From Halogeometricum borinquense DSM 11551 (GTDB lineage Archaea; Halobacteriota; Halobacteria; Halobacteriales; Haloferacaceae): DNA of 32,000 bases. How positions within the stretch are numbered: the stretch's first letter is position 1; the number at the start of each line of letters is the position of its first letter. Position numbers and translations under genes: made by a program. Below the pieces are notes generated by a model. That model did no database searches and was not told the origin of the DNA. It worked only from the letters and a program-made list of their open reading frames with translations. Shown here one piece after another: positions 7,517 through 16,331 of the stretch. The stretch covers positions 178,351-210,350 of the forward strand of contig NC_014736.1 in NCBI RefSeq assembly GCF_000172995.2. The letters are read 5' to 3'.

Positions 7517-8506
7517 ATGGTAAAAAGACGGTCAGTACTGAAAGGAATCGGTGTCTCGATTGGACTAATGGGTGTCGGTGGCGTTGGCTCTGCACGCGAG
7601 CGTACTGATAACGATGGTTCAGGTCCTCCCGGTACTGCCGGGGTTGCTAACGAAGAGCGACTTCCGATACACGCTGAGGGGAAACTGATCCACAAGATCA
7701 CCCCGAATCCGGACTCAGAGGGAGAATACAGGTACGAGCGGACGTTCAAGAGTCCGGACCTCGCGGAACGATACGGGGACCCTACGTTCACGTACGAGAC
7801 GATTTCGGTTCCCAAAGAGCAGGTACGTGAGGAGGTACGAAACGGGGAGAGATCAACGTACGTTCAGCGGACTCAGCAGGTTATCGGGACCGCTCAGGAG
7901 CAGCGGAACGCCGAACGCGAAATCTGGAATAAGAAACCCGAAGGCGGGGTCCAGCCTCAGCACATCCCTCCCCTCGATGGAAACGTTCCGCTGTATCATT
8001 ACAAAAAGGAGTCGGACGCCGAGGACATGCAGAACCGCGGCGCACCGTTGAACGTCGCGTGGGAGACAGAAGACTCCCAGTCGATTAAGAATCATATGGA
8101 AAACGGTAACGGTGGCGGAAGGTGGCTTCCGGCCAGTCCCATCACGGCCATCATTCGCCAGAACCGGTACGTCAACCTCCCGGATGGCGGAACAAAAAGT
8201 AATGATACGCACGTCATGCGGTGGGTCCCTAACGCTCTCTGTACCACTAAGCAGTACCATATTCGCCTGTACGACGTGCCCTTCGACGACATCAAAGCAG
8301 TCGGTCAGGCCCATCGGGATCCCTGCGATCACGGGAAAATCCCGTTCCTCGATGCGAACTTCAAACTCGACAAAGCGAGAGAAGCCGTCGTCGGATTCTG
8401 GGGAGACGGACACTCCAACATCAACCACGAGAGTACCGATATCGGTAATACGAGTAACAAGTTTGGCTCACACAGCGGGACATGGGCGTACTTCGATGAA
8501 GACTAG
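7517..8506 (+). CDS. secreted protein of unknown function (Tat signal); C-terminal half possibly LssY-C-like
   Basis: The ATG at 7517 gives MVKRRSVLKGIGVSIGLMGVGGVGSA, a twin-arginine signal. The upstream part of the listed ORF (from 7451) is AT-rich and unlikely to be coding. From memory, APLNVAW...QYHIRLYDVPFDDIKAVGQAHRD resembles the LssY C-terminal domain pattern (R.H.RLW....vg.a..D). Unverified. Confidence 0.7.
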   Translation: MVKRRSVLKGIGVSIGLMGVGGVGSARERTDNDGSGPPGTAGVANEERLPIHAEGKLIHKITPNPDSEGEYRYERTFKSPDLAERYGDPTFTYETISVPKEQVREEVRNGERSTYVQRTQQVIGTAQEQRNAEREIWNKKPEGGVQPQHIPPLDGNVPLYHYKKESDAEDMQNRGAPLNVAWETEDSQSIKNHMENGNGGGRWLPASPITAIIRQNRYVNLPDGGTKSNDTHVMRWVPNALCTTKQYHIRLYDVPFDDIKAVGQAHRDPCDHGKIPFLDANFKLDKAREAVVGFWGDGHSNINHESTDIGNTSNKFGSHSGTWAYFDED

Positions 8507-8554
8507 CTACGGGTAGGGATCCAGACAGTAAATAACTATTTTTCCGCAGGGGTC

Positions 8555-8929
8555 TCACGGTCCTTCTCCGTAGAGAACGAGTAGTACTGTAAGAAAGAAG
8601 AAGGTGGACACCAAGAGGAGTGAAAACCCGATCCACCGTCTATTTGAGGGCTGTACGTACACGGCGTATCCCGCAACTACAGGGAGGGTAAAGTGTATGA
8701 GAATGTCGATGTACGAGGCCGAGTTAGGAAGTCCGCTCGGGTGAAGAGTTAGAACGGTGAGTACCACGGAAAGGACAGAGAGCCCAAGACTAAGGACTGT
8801 GAGCCGCGACTGGACTCCGACAGCCGCCGCAGTGAGTGCTGCGTATAGGAAGTAAGAAAGAAACCTTGCTCCCAGTACGAGAGCAACGATTTCTGGGTTT
8901 GTGAACTGCTTTGAGAACCACTCGAACAT
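8555..8929 (-). CDS. hypothetical integral membrane protein (about 4 TM helices)
   Basis: 124-codon ORF with an ATG start and strongly hydrophobic segments. A TATA-like TATTTATATAAT (8942-8953) lies about 20-25 nt upstream on the coding strand side. Confidence 0.5.
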   Translation of the reverse strand: MFEWFSKQFTNPEIVALVLGARFLSYFLYAALTAAAVGVQSRLTVLSLGLSVLSVVLTVLTLHPSGLPNSASYIDILIHFTLPVVAGYAVYVQPSNRRWIGFSLLLVSTFFFLTVLLVLYGEGP

Positions 8930-9040
8930 ACTCCGATTATGTATTTATATAATCATATCTTTTCTGTACTTTGACTGCCGCTGACCGTGTAACTAGTTCA
9001 CGGGGCGATTCGATGCTCCAGCGACTGACGCTGTGACAAG

Positions 9041-9049
9041 TTATTAATA
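9041..9049 (+). promoter_or_regulatory. TATA box (TTATTAATA) for the MscS gene
   Basis: Centred 26 nt upstream of the ATG at 9071. Confidence 0.4.
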
Positions 9050-9070
9050 CACAATCGACATTGATTGACA

Positions 9071-9958
9071 ATGGTAATGATGCTACTTCAACAAGAGCCT
9101 CTTTTTGACCCACAGCAGTACATCTCACCGCTCGTCAGTGCTGTCACGACGGTCGTATTGTTCATCGTCGTGTTCGCCGTTATCTATCTACTCGGGAAGT
9201 ACTTCCTCACCCGAGCGGTAGAACGCACTCTCGAACACCGTGGCTTCGATGAGACGCTTATCAGCCTTGCCGTGAGTACGACTGTTGTAATCACTGGCGT
9301 CGGTGCGGTCGCACTGGCTGCGACAGTCGCTGGTTTCGGTGTCGTCCTCGCGGCGTTCGCAACCTTGGCTGGTGCGCTCGCACTCGCAGTCGGTTTCGCG
9401 GCGCAGGATCTCATTGCCAACTTCGTCGCTGGGGTGTTTATCATCCAGGACGAACCGTTCTCGGTCGGCGATTGGATCGAGTGGAGCGGGAACAGCGGTG
9501 TCGTTCGTGAAATCCAACTGCGAGTGACGAAATTGGACACGTTCGACAACGAGCGGATCACCGTCCCAAACAGCGACCTCGCCAACGCAGCAGTGATCAA
9601 TAATGTGGCGAACGACCGCCGCCGGGTGTCTGTCGGCTTCGGAATTGGATATGAGGATGACATTGCGCAGGCACGGGATGCGATCATTGACGAAGGATCG
9701 CGTATCGGTGGCGTCCTTGACGACCCTGAACCAACTGCCCCCGTCACGGAGTTAGGTGACTCTGCCGTCGTGCTCTCCGGACGCATCTGGATCGATCCCG
9801 ACGAAAGTAGCTACGGGGCAGTCCGTGCGCAGTTCGTTGAGGCGGTCAAGGAGCGCTTCGACGCCGAGGGTCTCGACATGCCGTACCCCAACACCGAACT
9901 TTCCGGCGGCATCGAAGTTACAAACGTTGGTGCAGGTGAGGAGGCCACTGGGGACTGA
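9071..9958 (+). CDS. mechanosensitive ion channel, MscS family
   Basis: Three N-terminal TM helices, then the MscS signature FAAQDLIANFVAGVFIIQDEPFSVGDWIEW...GVVREIQLRVTKLDTFDNERITVPNSDL. ATG at 9071 is preferred to the TTG at 9065. Confidence 0.85.
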   Translation: MVMMLLQQEPLFDPQQYISPLVSAVTTVVLFIVVFAVIYLLGKYFLTRAVERTLEHRGFDETLISLAVSTTVVITGVGAVALAATVAGFGVVLAAFATLAGALALAVGFAAQDLIANFVAGVFIIQDEPFSVGDWIEWSGNSGVVREIQLRVTKLDTFDNERITVPNSDLANAAVINNVANDRRRVSVGFGIGYEDDIAQARDAIIDEGSRIGGVLDDPEPTAPVTELGDSAVVLSGRIWIDPDESSYGAVRAQFVEAVKERFDAEGLDMPYPNTELSGGIEVTNVGAGEEATGD

Positions 9959-10370
9959 ACGCGCGCTGCGGCCACCTTTTCACTGCACAGTGCTTGGGGA
10001 GCAATAATTGAACGACAATTTAGCCCTCCATGTGGTTCTGCCCCGTAGCTGTCTCAATCTACCCAAATCTATATCTGGTATTTAGGGTGTACATCGAGAA
10101 ATACCTGATGTGGAATTAAATCAACGATATCACTTCCATATCTGGCATACTTGGGGTGACTTTGAGAATCATATTCTGAAGTATGTGTGTTCTCTATGTA
10201 CTGTACTCCAATTCGAATCTCGATTATAATAGAAATAGCCTGAATCTGAGAAAGCGAGCAAGCCGCCCGTCAGCCGGTCGAGGTTCGGAGCAGTCGTTGC
10301 CAAGCGTGCTATTTTCTAGTAGTACTCTCGGGGGTAATTCAGTACTCTTCCTGCACAGCATAGCCATACC

Positions 10371-10392
10371 ATTACAATCGTAATATTGTAAT
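10371..10392. repeat. AT-rich hairpin or palindrome (ATTACAAT-CGTAAT-ATTGTAAT) in a 0.5 kb non-coding spacer
   Basis: An 8-bp perfect inverted repeat at 10371-10378 and 10385-10392. Confidence 0.4.
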
Positions 10393-10478
10393 ACGAACGC
10401 TTGCCTGCCGAGCCTCATACTGTTCGTCGCGGAACGATCTGTTCCGACAATCCGCACAAAAAAGCGAGTACGCTGCGG

Positions 10479-10745
10479 TTAGAAGGAACTTTCTCCCACT
10501 TTCTCTATGAACGTTCCTTCCGCCACGTGATCGTTATCGTCAAACTCGTCAATCTCGACGAGCACTCGGTCGTTCAGATATTCCACTGGGGCATCTGTGA
10601 TCCGTATTTTCGAGTCACCGACTCTTGCGACCAGATCGGTTCCGTCCTGGCCGGTAATGAACACGGAGACACGTGTCCCCGGCTCAAACGTCGGCTTTCG
10701 ACTGCGAAGTTGGAAGCCGGCAAGATACTTTTCGAGAAGGCTCAT
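10479..10745 (-). CDS. small TRAM-domain-like protein, translationally coupled to the NhaC-type antiporter
   Basis: 88 aa. GTRVSVFITGQDGTDLVARVGDSKIRITDAP...NDRVLVEIDEFDDNDHVAEGTFIE follows the TRAM beta-barrel pattern (G..v.V.I.....G.g.Ar.g...I.v......g..V.V.I.......a.g). Its ATG at 10743-10745 overlaps the antiporter stop at 10742-10744 (ATGA overlap). Confidence 0.6.
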   Translation of the reverse strand: MSLLEKYLAGFQLRSRKPTFEPGTRVSVFITGQDGTDLVARVGDSKIRITDAPVEYLNDRVLVEIDEFDDNDHVAEGTFIEKVGESSF

Positions 10746-12346
10746 ACGCGACTCACCTCCGAGGAGCTACGGTCGTGCGTGTATTCGAGACCGAATCCAG
10801 TAATTGCGGAGAGAACGAACACAGCGAACAGGAACCACCCGTGGAACACGTAGGGGACGACCGAAACAGGATTTACGACCATCGCCTGCGTGAACCACTC
10901 ATACTGTCCTGGGAGTGACTGAATCGCTGCGAACCCGACCAGAACCCCACCGCCCCACGGGAATACATATCCCATTGCGGACGTATTCGCGTCGAGGATA
11001 TTCGCACGACGGTAGCCGTTGATATTGAACTTCTCTCCGATACGTGCGATGTAGGGAGAGATTGCAATTTCGGCGGCCGTATTGATCGTGATCGCTGCGT
11101 TGACCGTTGCGGTTCCCAGTACCATCGCCAGTTCGGCGCGACGTACCGACGTGGCAACCTTGTCGAGCAACCAGTCCTGAATCACTTTGAACCCGCCGCC
11201 GCGCATCATAATCTGTGATGCAGCGACGATAAGCAAGACGAGTACGACGAGCGGGAAGAAGCCTTTCGCACCAGTGTAGATACTTCCGCCAACTCCCGTG
11301 TTTCCGGGAGCGACCAGTTCGACAAACGGGAGGAACGCAAGGGACTGCGCCATCCCCAACGTCTCAGGTGCCCGGAAGACGATCATATCGCTCACTGTCG
11401 CAAGACCGAGGCTGAGATTGAGGACCGCAGCGACGACTAGCCCCCAGGAAACCGCTTCGATGATGTGGCGCCCACTAATTGCCGTTCCGATAACGACGGC
11501 CATCGAGAGAAGATGGGCCAGACCCGCTGGTGTGCTACTTTCGAGAAAGAGCTGTTGGGCCTGTTGTGAGATGTCGATACCTGCCATCATATTGCCCATT
11601 ACGACGTACGCGATGAACGCCGGGATAGCCGCTGCGATAGCATATTTGAACCGTGATGCGACCACACCCCCTATATCGGAATCCTGCGTTACCGCCGAAA
11701 CGATGGTTGTGTCGCTAACCGGTGCGAGGTTGTCGCCGAAGACTGCACCCGAGAGAATTGCTCCGAATATCAGAACCGGATTCGCGCCGAGCAAGACACC
11801 GGCTGGGAAGAACAGGGCCGAGAAGGCGACCGTCGTCCCGTATCCGGTTCCAATGCCGGTGGCCAGTAGTCCTGCGAGTACGAACGTTACTGCCGCGAAC
11901 ATATCCCCACCGACGTTTACCGCATCTGCAGCCCACACTAGTCCGCCGACGAATCCCCCGGCTTGAATCGTGTTGGCGAACATGCCGGCCCAGAGCCACG
12001 CGACAATCGCGGTCGCAGCGACTCGTTGTGTCATTCCTTCGAACACGGTGTTCGCGTAGTGTTTCCAGTCTCCCTTCGTAAAGAACATCCCCACAATTAG
12101 ACAGACTAGCATTCCAGCGACTAGTCCAGTCGTATCGCCGACCCGCAATATCCCACTTTGGAAAACCGCCCATATTATGAAGAGGGATATGGGGATCGCG
12201 CTGAGTAGTTGACTGCCCCGAAATTCGATCTCAGGCCCGGATTCTGCTGGTCTGATCTCGTTTAGTTCCGACTCCAATTCCTCACCATCTCCGTGGCTGG
12301 CTCTATCCTGTGTCATGCTGACATCGGCCAGGTCGGAGTTTACCAT
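10742..12346 (-). CDS. Na+/H+ antiporter NhaC-family transporter
   Basis: 534-aa polytopic membrane protein with an acidic cytoplasmic N-terminal tail. Overall pattern and length match the NhaC/C4-anaerobic-carrier-like superfamily (GTGYGTTVAFSALFFPAG, GDNLAPVSDTTIVSA). A palindromic TATA region (ATATCGATAT, 12372-12381) lies about 26 nt upstream of the ATG. Confidence 0.8.
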   Translation of the reverse strand: MVNSDLADVSMTQDRASHGDGEELESELNEIRPAESGPEIEFRGSQLLSAIPISLFIIWAVFQSGILRVGDTTGLVAGMLVCLIVGMFFTKGDWKHYANTVFEGMTQRVAATAIVAWLWAGMFANTIQAGGFVGGLVWAADAVNVGGDMFAAVTFVLAGLLATGIGTGYGTTVAFSALFFPAGVLLGANPVLIFGAILSGAVFGDNLAPVSDTTIVSAVTQDSDIGGVVASRFKYAIAAAIPAFIAYVVMGNMMAGIDISQQAQQLFLESSTPAGLAHLLSMAVVIGTAISGRHIIEAVSWGLVVAAVLNLSLGLATVSDMIVFRAPETLGMAQSLAFLPFVELVAPGNTGVGGSIYTGAKGFFPLVVLVLLIVAASQIMMRGGGFKVIQDWLLDKVATSVRRAELAMVLGTATVNAAITINTAAEIAISPYIARIGEKFNINGYRRANILDANTSAMGYVFPWGGGVLVGFAAIQSLPGQYEWFTQAMVVNPVSVVPYVFHGWFLFAVFVLSAITGFGLEYTHDRSSSEVSRV

Positions 12347-12585
12347 ATTGGTAAATAAGTGTTATGGTAATATATCGATATGTAACTGTATTGTACCGAT
12401 ATAGTTCTTCTACCGACCGATTTCGGCCGAAACTGCCACGGTTTACCCGTTCAGTTAATTAGCTCCCGCATCTCTGCTCACAGTTTCTCTGCCCGTTCGC
12501 AATTAATAGACCAGTTTCAGCGGCCTCTGTCCCCAGCACTTCAAGTCTTTCCCAAATTAGAAAAGTTGTCTGCGACCATCGAGAA

Positions 12586-13338
12586 TCAGCCCGAGGTTTC
12601 CGATACCAAGGCGGACTCGATTTCGACAACTGCGGATTGCAGCCGCTTTGCGATCACGTCGTCTTCCGGGAGGCGGTACGGTGGCCCGGCGATATCGAGG
12701 GTTCCGAATACGCTACCGTCGGGTTCGTTGATTGCGACAGCGACGGCTCGCAGGCCCTCTAACTCCTCTTGTTTGTTCACTGCGTACCCTTGCTCTCGAA
12801 TGGTTTCGACTTCAGCAAGGAGCTCATCTTTGTTGGTAATCGTGTTGTCGGTGTATGCGGGTAATTCGCACTGCTCGATAAACTCGTGAATCCGCTCGTC
12901 TGAAAACTCTGCCAGTGCCGCTTTGCCACAGGCTGAGCTATGAAGATCAAAGTAGCGTCCGACTTGAAACCCTTCGTCTGAGGGCGCAGTCGTTTCGTCG
13001 AACAGAATCACCATTCGGTTGTTCTCCTCGATAGCAAAACTGACTTCTTCGCCCACGCGGTTCGCCAGATCCCACGCCTTTTCCTTTACCAACTGGTATC
13101 GAGTATCTCGCCATCGAGCCTGTTCACCGAGGTGGAATAGCTTCATTCCGAGTTTGTACTCTCGGTCTTCCCGGATCACGTACTCCATCTCCTGTAAGGT
13201 CTGTAGATGGGTATGTAACGTGCTGATGGGAATATCCGTATACTCAGCTATCTCCGTCAGTGATGCCCCTTCGAGGTCTCGTATTGCCTCAATCGTGAGC
13301 AGCGACGTTTTGGACGTCTTTCGAGATTCTTTCCCCAT
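12586..13338 (-). CDS. IclR family transcriptional regulator
   Basis: N-terminal winged helix-turn-helix (LLTIEAIRDLEGASLTEIAEYTDIPISTLHTHLQTLQEMEYV) plus an IclR effector domain (...GYAVNKQEELEGLRAVAVAINEPDGSVFGTLDIAGP). The ATG at 13338 is supported by a minus-strand TATA (ATTTATTG, 13361-13368) centred about 26 nt upstream. The track extends to 13422. Confidence 0.85.
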   Translation of the reverse strand: MGKESRKTSKTSLLTIEAIRDLEGASLTEIAEYTDIPISTLHTHLQTLQEMEYVIREDREYKLGMKLFHLGEQARWRDTRYQLVKEKAWDLANRVGEEVSFAIEENNRMVILFDETTAPSDEGFQVGRYFDLHSSACGKAALAEFSDERIHEFIEQCELPAYTDNTITNKDELLAEVETIREQGYAVNKQEELEGLRAVAVAINEPDGSVFGTLDIAGPPYRLPEDDVIAKRLQSAVVEIESALVSETSG

Positions 13339-13431
13339 ACTGGAAAATGAGAACGATGCACAATAAATCCCTCCCTTTGACAGTGGGTGTCTCACTACTC
13401 GCAGTCGTTGAGTTGTTCCCACAGAAAGGTA

Positions 13432-13438
13432 TTTATAA
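13432..13438 (+). promoter_or_regulatory. TATA box (TTTATAA) for the gcv operon
   Basis: Centred 25 nt upstream of the gcvT GTG start at 13460, in the divergent iclR-gcvT spacer. Confidence 0.45.
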
Positions 13439-13459
13439 TCTCAGGAGACTCATTGGCTT

Positions 13460-14566
13460 GTGACCCTGCGCAAGCCACCACTCTATCAGGCACACCTCGA
13501 TGCCGGAGCCGAATTCACCGACTTCGGCGGTTGGGAGATGCCTGTCAAATACGACACAATCAGTACAGAACACGCCGCTGTTCGTGATTCCGCTGGCATT
13601 TTTGACGTCAGCCATATGAGCGAGGTCAAAGTCAGTGGGCCCGATGCCACGGAACTGATGAACCGTCTCACGAGCAATGACGTCAGAGAACTTGACCAAG
13701 GGGATGCTCAGTACTCGTGCATTCTCGACCAAGAGGGGATCATCATCGACGATACCGTCGTGTACAAATACCCCGACGAGAATGCATATCTGTTCGTCCC
13801 GAACGCCGGCCACGGCGAGCAAATGGTCGAGCGGTGGTCAGAGCACGCACACCGACTCGGGCTTCGGGTCAGCGTCGAAAACAAGACCGAAGAACTAGGC
13901 CTTGTTGCAGTCCAAGGTCCGGATGCCATCGAAATCGTCGAAGGCCTGTCGCAGGACCCTCTCACGAGTTTAGCGCGGTTCTCGATGATGCGTACGTCCA
14001 TTGCGGGTGTCGATTGTCTGGTTGCGAGGACGGGCTATACCGGTGAGGACGGCGTTGAGATATTCTTTGCCGTGGGCGACTCACACGAGATGTGGGATGC
14101 TTTTAGCGACGTTCCACCCTGTGGATTGGGGTCCCGTGACACACTTCGGCTCGAAGCTGGTCTCCTGCTTTCTGGGCAGGATTTCGATCCGGAAGCCGAG
14201 CCGAGAACACCGCTTGAGGCAAAGCTTAGTTTCGTGGTTGATCTCTCGAAACCGTCCTTTATCGGACAGGATGCCTTAGAAACCCTTGCGGAGACCGGTG
14301 TCGATCACGAACTCGTCGGTCTCCAACTGAACGAACGCGGTATCCCGCGGCACGGATACGACGTACTCCGTGATGGAGAACACATTGGTCACGTCACGAG
14401 TGGAACGATGAGTCCGACGTTGAATCAACCAATCGCACTAGCGTACGTGAATTCGGACGAAGCAGAGGAGAATAACACTGTTGCGGTCAAAATACGGGAC
14501 CGCAACGTTCCAGCAACAATTGTGAATCACCGCTTCCTGAGTTCGCTTGCAGACGACAACGAGTAA
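13460..14566 (+). CDS. gcvT: glycine cleavage system aminomethyltransferase (T protein)
   Basis: LRKPPLYQAHLDAGAEFTDFGGWEMPVKY..., ARTGYTGEDGVEIF, SRDTLRLEAGLLL and the C-terminal barrel are canonical GcvT. GTG start. Confidence 0.93.
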   Translation: MTLRKPPLYQAHLDAGAEFTDFGGWEMPVKYDTISTEHAAVRDSAGIFDVSHMSEVKVSGPDATELMNRLTSNDVRELDQGDAQYSCILDQEGIIIDDTVVYKYPDENAYLFVPNAGHGEQMVERWSEHAHRLGLRVSVENKTEELGLVAVQGPDAIEIVEGLSQDPLTSLARFSMMRTSIAGVDCLVARTGYTGEDGVEIFFAVGDSHEMWDAFSDVPPCGLGSRDTLRLEAGLLLSGQDFDPEAEPRTPLEAKLSFVVDLSKPSFIGQDALETLAETGVDHELVGLQLNERGIPRHGYDVLRDGEHIGHVTSGTMSPTLNQPIALAYVNSDEAEENNTVAVKIRDRNVPATIVNHRFLSSLADDNE

Positions 14567-14572
14567 CTTACC

Positions 14573-14950
14573 ATGTCATTCGAAATTCCAGACGACCGCC
14601 GATACGCAGAATCGCACGAGTGGGCAAAAGAACTCGACGACGATATCGTCAGAATCGGAATCACCGACTTCGCTCAGGACGAACTCGGGGACATCATCTT
14701 CGCGGAACTCCCGGACGAGGGTGCAGAACTTGATGAGGGCGAACAGTTTGGTGTCGTCGAGAGTATCAAGGCAGTGTCGGACATCTATTCGCCCGTCTCG
14801 GGCACTGTTGTGGGCGTCAATCGAGAAATAGTCGATCAACCTGAACTGATCAATGACGACCCCCACGAATCTGGATGGCTGCTAGAAGTCAACACTGAGA
14901 CCGGTATCGACCACTTGCTACCAGCAAGCGAATACGAAACCCAAATCTAA
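14573..14950 (+). CDS. gcvH: glycine cleavage system H protein (lipoyl carrier)
   Basis: YAESHEWAK...[22 protein letters not shown]...[17 protein letters not shown] includes the lipoyl-lysine motif (ES-x-K-A-V-S-D). It starts 6 nt after the gcvT stop. Confidence 0.93.
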   Translation: MSFEIPDDRRYAESHEWAKELDDDIVRIGITDFAQDELGDIIFAELPDEGAELDEGEQFGVVESIKAVSDIYSPVSGTVVGVNREIVDQPELINDDPHESGWLLEVNTETGIDHLLPASEYETQI

Positions 14951-14954
14951 GACG

Positions 14955-16331
14955 ATGCAAGAACGTTCCAGATCTCGTACTGATCAGAGCTTCCCCCGTA
15001 GTCCGGACAGTCGGGGAAGTCCCTTTACACCCCACGATCAGGACGATGTTGACCTCATGCTCGATGCGATTGGGGCGGATGACATCGAGGATCTCTTTGA
15101 TATTCCCGACGCTGTTCGATTTGACGGAGCGTTTGGGATCGAGGGGGCCTCCGAACAGGCCGTAACACAGCGCCTACAGCGCACACTTGGCAGGAACTCT
15201 GATAGTACTGAGTTTCTCGGACGGGGTCACTACTCACACTACATTCCCTCTGTGGTTGATCATCTCTCGCTTCGCTCTGAGTTTATTACATCGTATACGC
15301 AATATCAGCCGGAGGTTTCACAGGGATTTCTGCAGGTCTTATTCGAGTTCCAGTCGCTGGTCACAGAACTGACTGGGATGGACGTCGCCAACTGTTCGAT
15401 GTACGATGCCGCGACGGCACTCGGTGAGGCGGCTACCCTCGCAGATCGTGTCCGAGAGGCAAGCGGGTCGGTAATCCTGGTTCCGGACTATCTCCGTGCT
15501 GAACGTCGTGCCGTCCTCGACAACTACACTGATGGGTCGGACCTGTCGGTTCGAGAGTTCCCGACCGAGGATGGAATGGTACACCCGGAGACACTCCGGC
15601 AATCTCTCGATGAGGATGTACTCCTCGTCTATCTCGAAAACCCCACTCCCGAAGGGATAATCGAAGAACACCTGATCGAAGTGGGATCGATTGTGGACGA
15701 GGTAGAGTCACTGCTCTGTATCGGGTCTGATTTGGTTGCGCTGTCGCTGCTCCAGAACCCCGGCACTGTTGGTGCCGATATCGTCGTCGGTAACGCCGGC
15801 ATCCTCGGACTTCCTGCTGCCTACGGAATGGGCATCGGTATCTTTGCGTGCCGCGACGACTTCCTTCGACAGATCCCCGGCCGGTTGGTCGGCGCTTCGA
15901 GAGACAGCGCGGGCGATCGGACGTACACCTTGACGCTTCAGACACGCGAACAGCACATTCGACGGGAGCGGGCGACGAGTAATATCTGTAGCAACCAAGC
16001 CTGGGTCGCGCTTCGAACGGCGATTCACGCTATGTACTTGGGACCGGACGGTCTCACTGCATTGGCGGACCGGTGTACGCGGTTACCGGCGCAGGTCGCT
16101 TCCGAACTAGACCAGATCGAAGGGGTATCTGCGCCCGCTACACAGGCGTATCACTTCAGGGAGTTCAAAGCGGAAGTCGAAAAAGACGCCAGCGAAGTGG
16201 TGTCAGAACTGGCGAGCGAAGGGTTTGTCGTTCACGAACTGAACGAGCAGACCATCCAAATCTGTGTGACCGAGACGAACGAGCATCGGATAGATGACTT
16301 CGTTGAGGCCGTGAGAGAGGTGATGGAATAA
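14955..16331 (+). CDS. gcvPA: glycine dehydrogenase (aminomethyl-transferring) subunit 1
   Basis: SPFTPHDQDDVDLMLDAIGADDIEDLFDIP..., YTQYQPEVSQGFLQ, MDVANCSMYDAATA and QTREQHIRRERATSNICSNQA are canonical P-protein alpha subunit. It starts 4 nt after the gcvH stop. Confidence 0.9.
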   Translation: MQERSRSRTDQSFPRSPDSRGSPFTPHDQDDVDLMLDAIGADDIEDLFDIPDAVRFDGAFGIEGASEQAVTQRLQRTLGRNSDSTEFLGRGHYSHYIPSVVDHLSLRSEFITSYTQYQPEVSQGFLQVLFEFQSLVTELTGMDVANCSMYDAATALGEAATLADRVREASGSVILVPDYLRAERRAVLDNYTDGSDLSVREFPTEDGMVHPETLRQSLDEDVLLVYLENPTPEGIIEEHLIEVGSIVDEVESLLCIGSDLVALSLLQNPGTVGADIVVGNAGILGLPAAYGMGIGIFACRDDFLRQIPGRLVGASRDSAGDRTYTLTLQTREQHIRRERATSNICSNQAWVALRTAIHAMYLGPDGLTALADRCTRLPAQVASELDQIEGVSAPATQAYHFREFKAEVEKDASEVVSELASEGFVVHELNEQTIQICVTETNEHRIDDFVEAVREVME

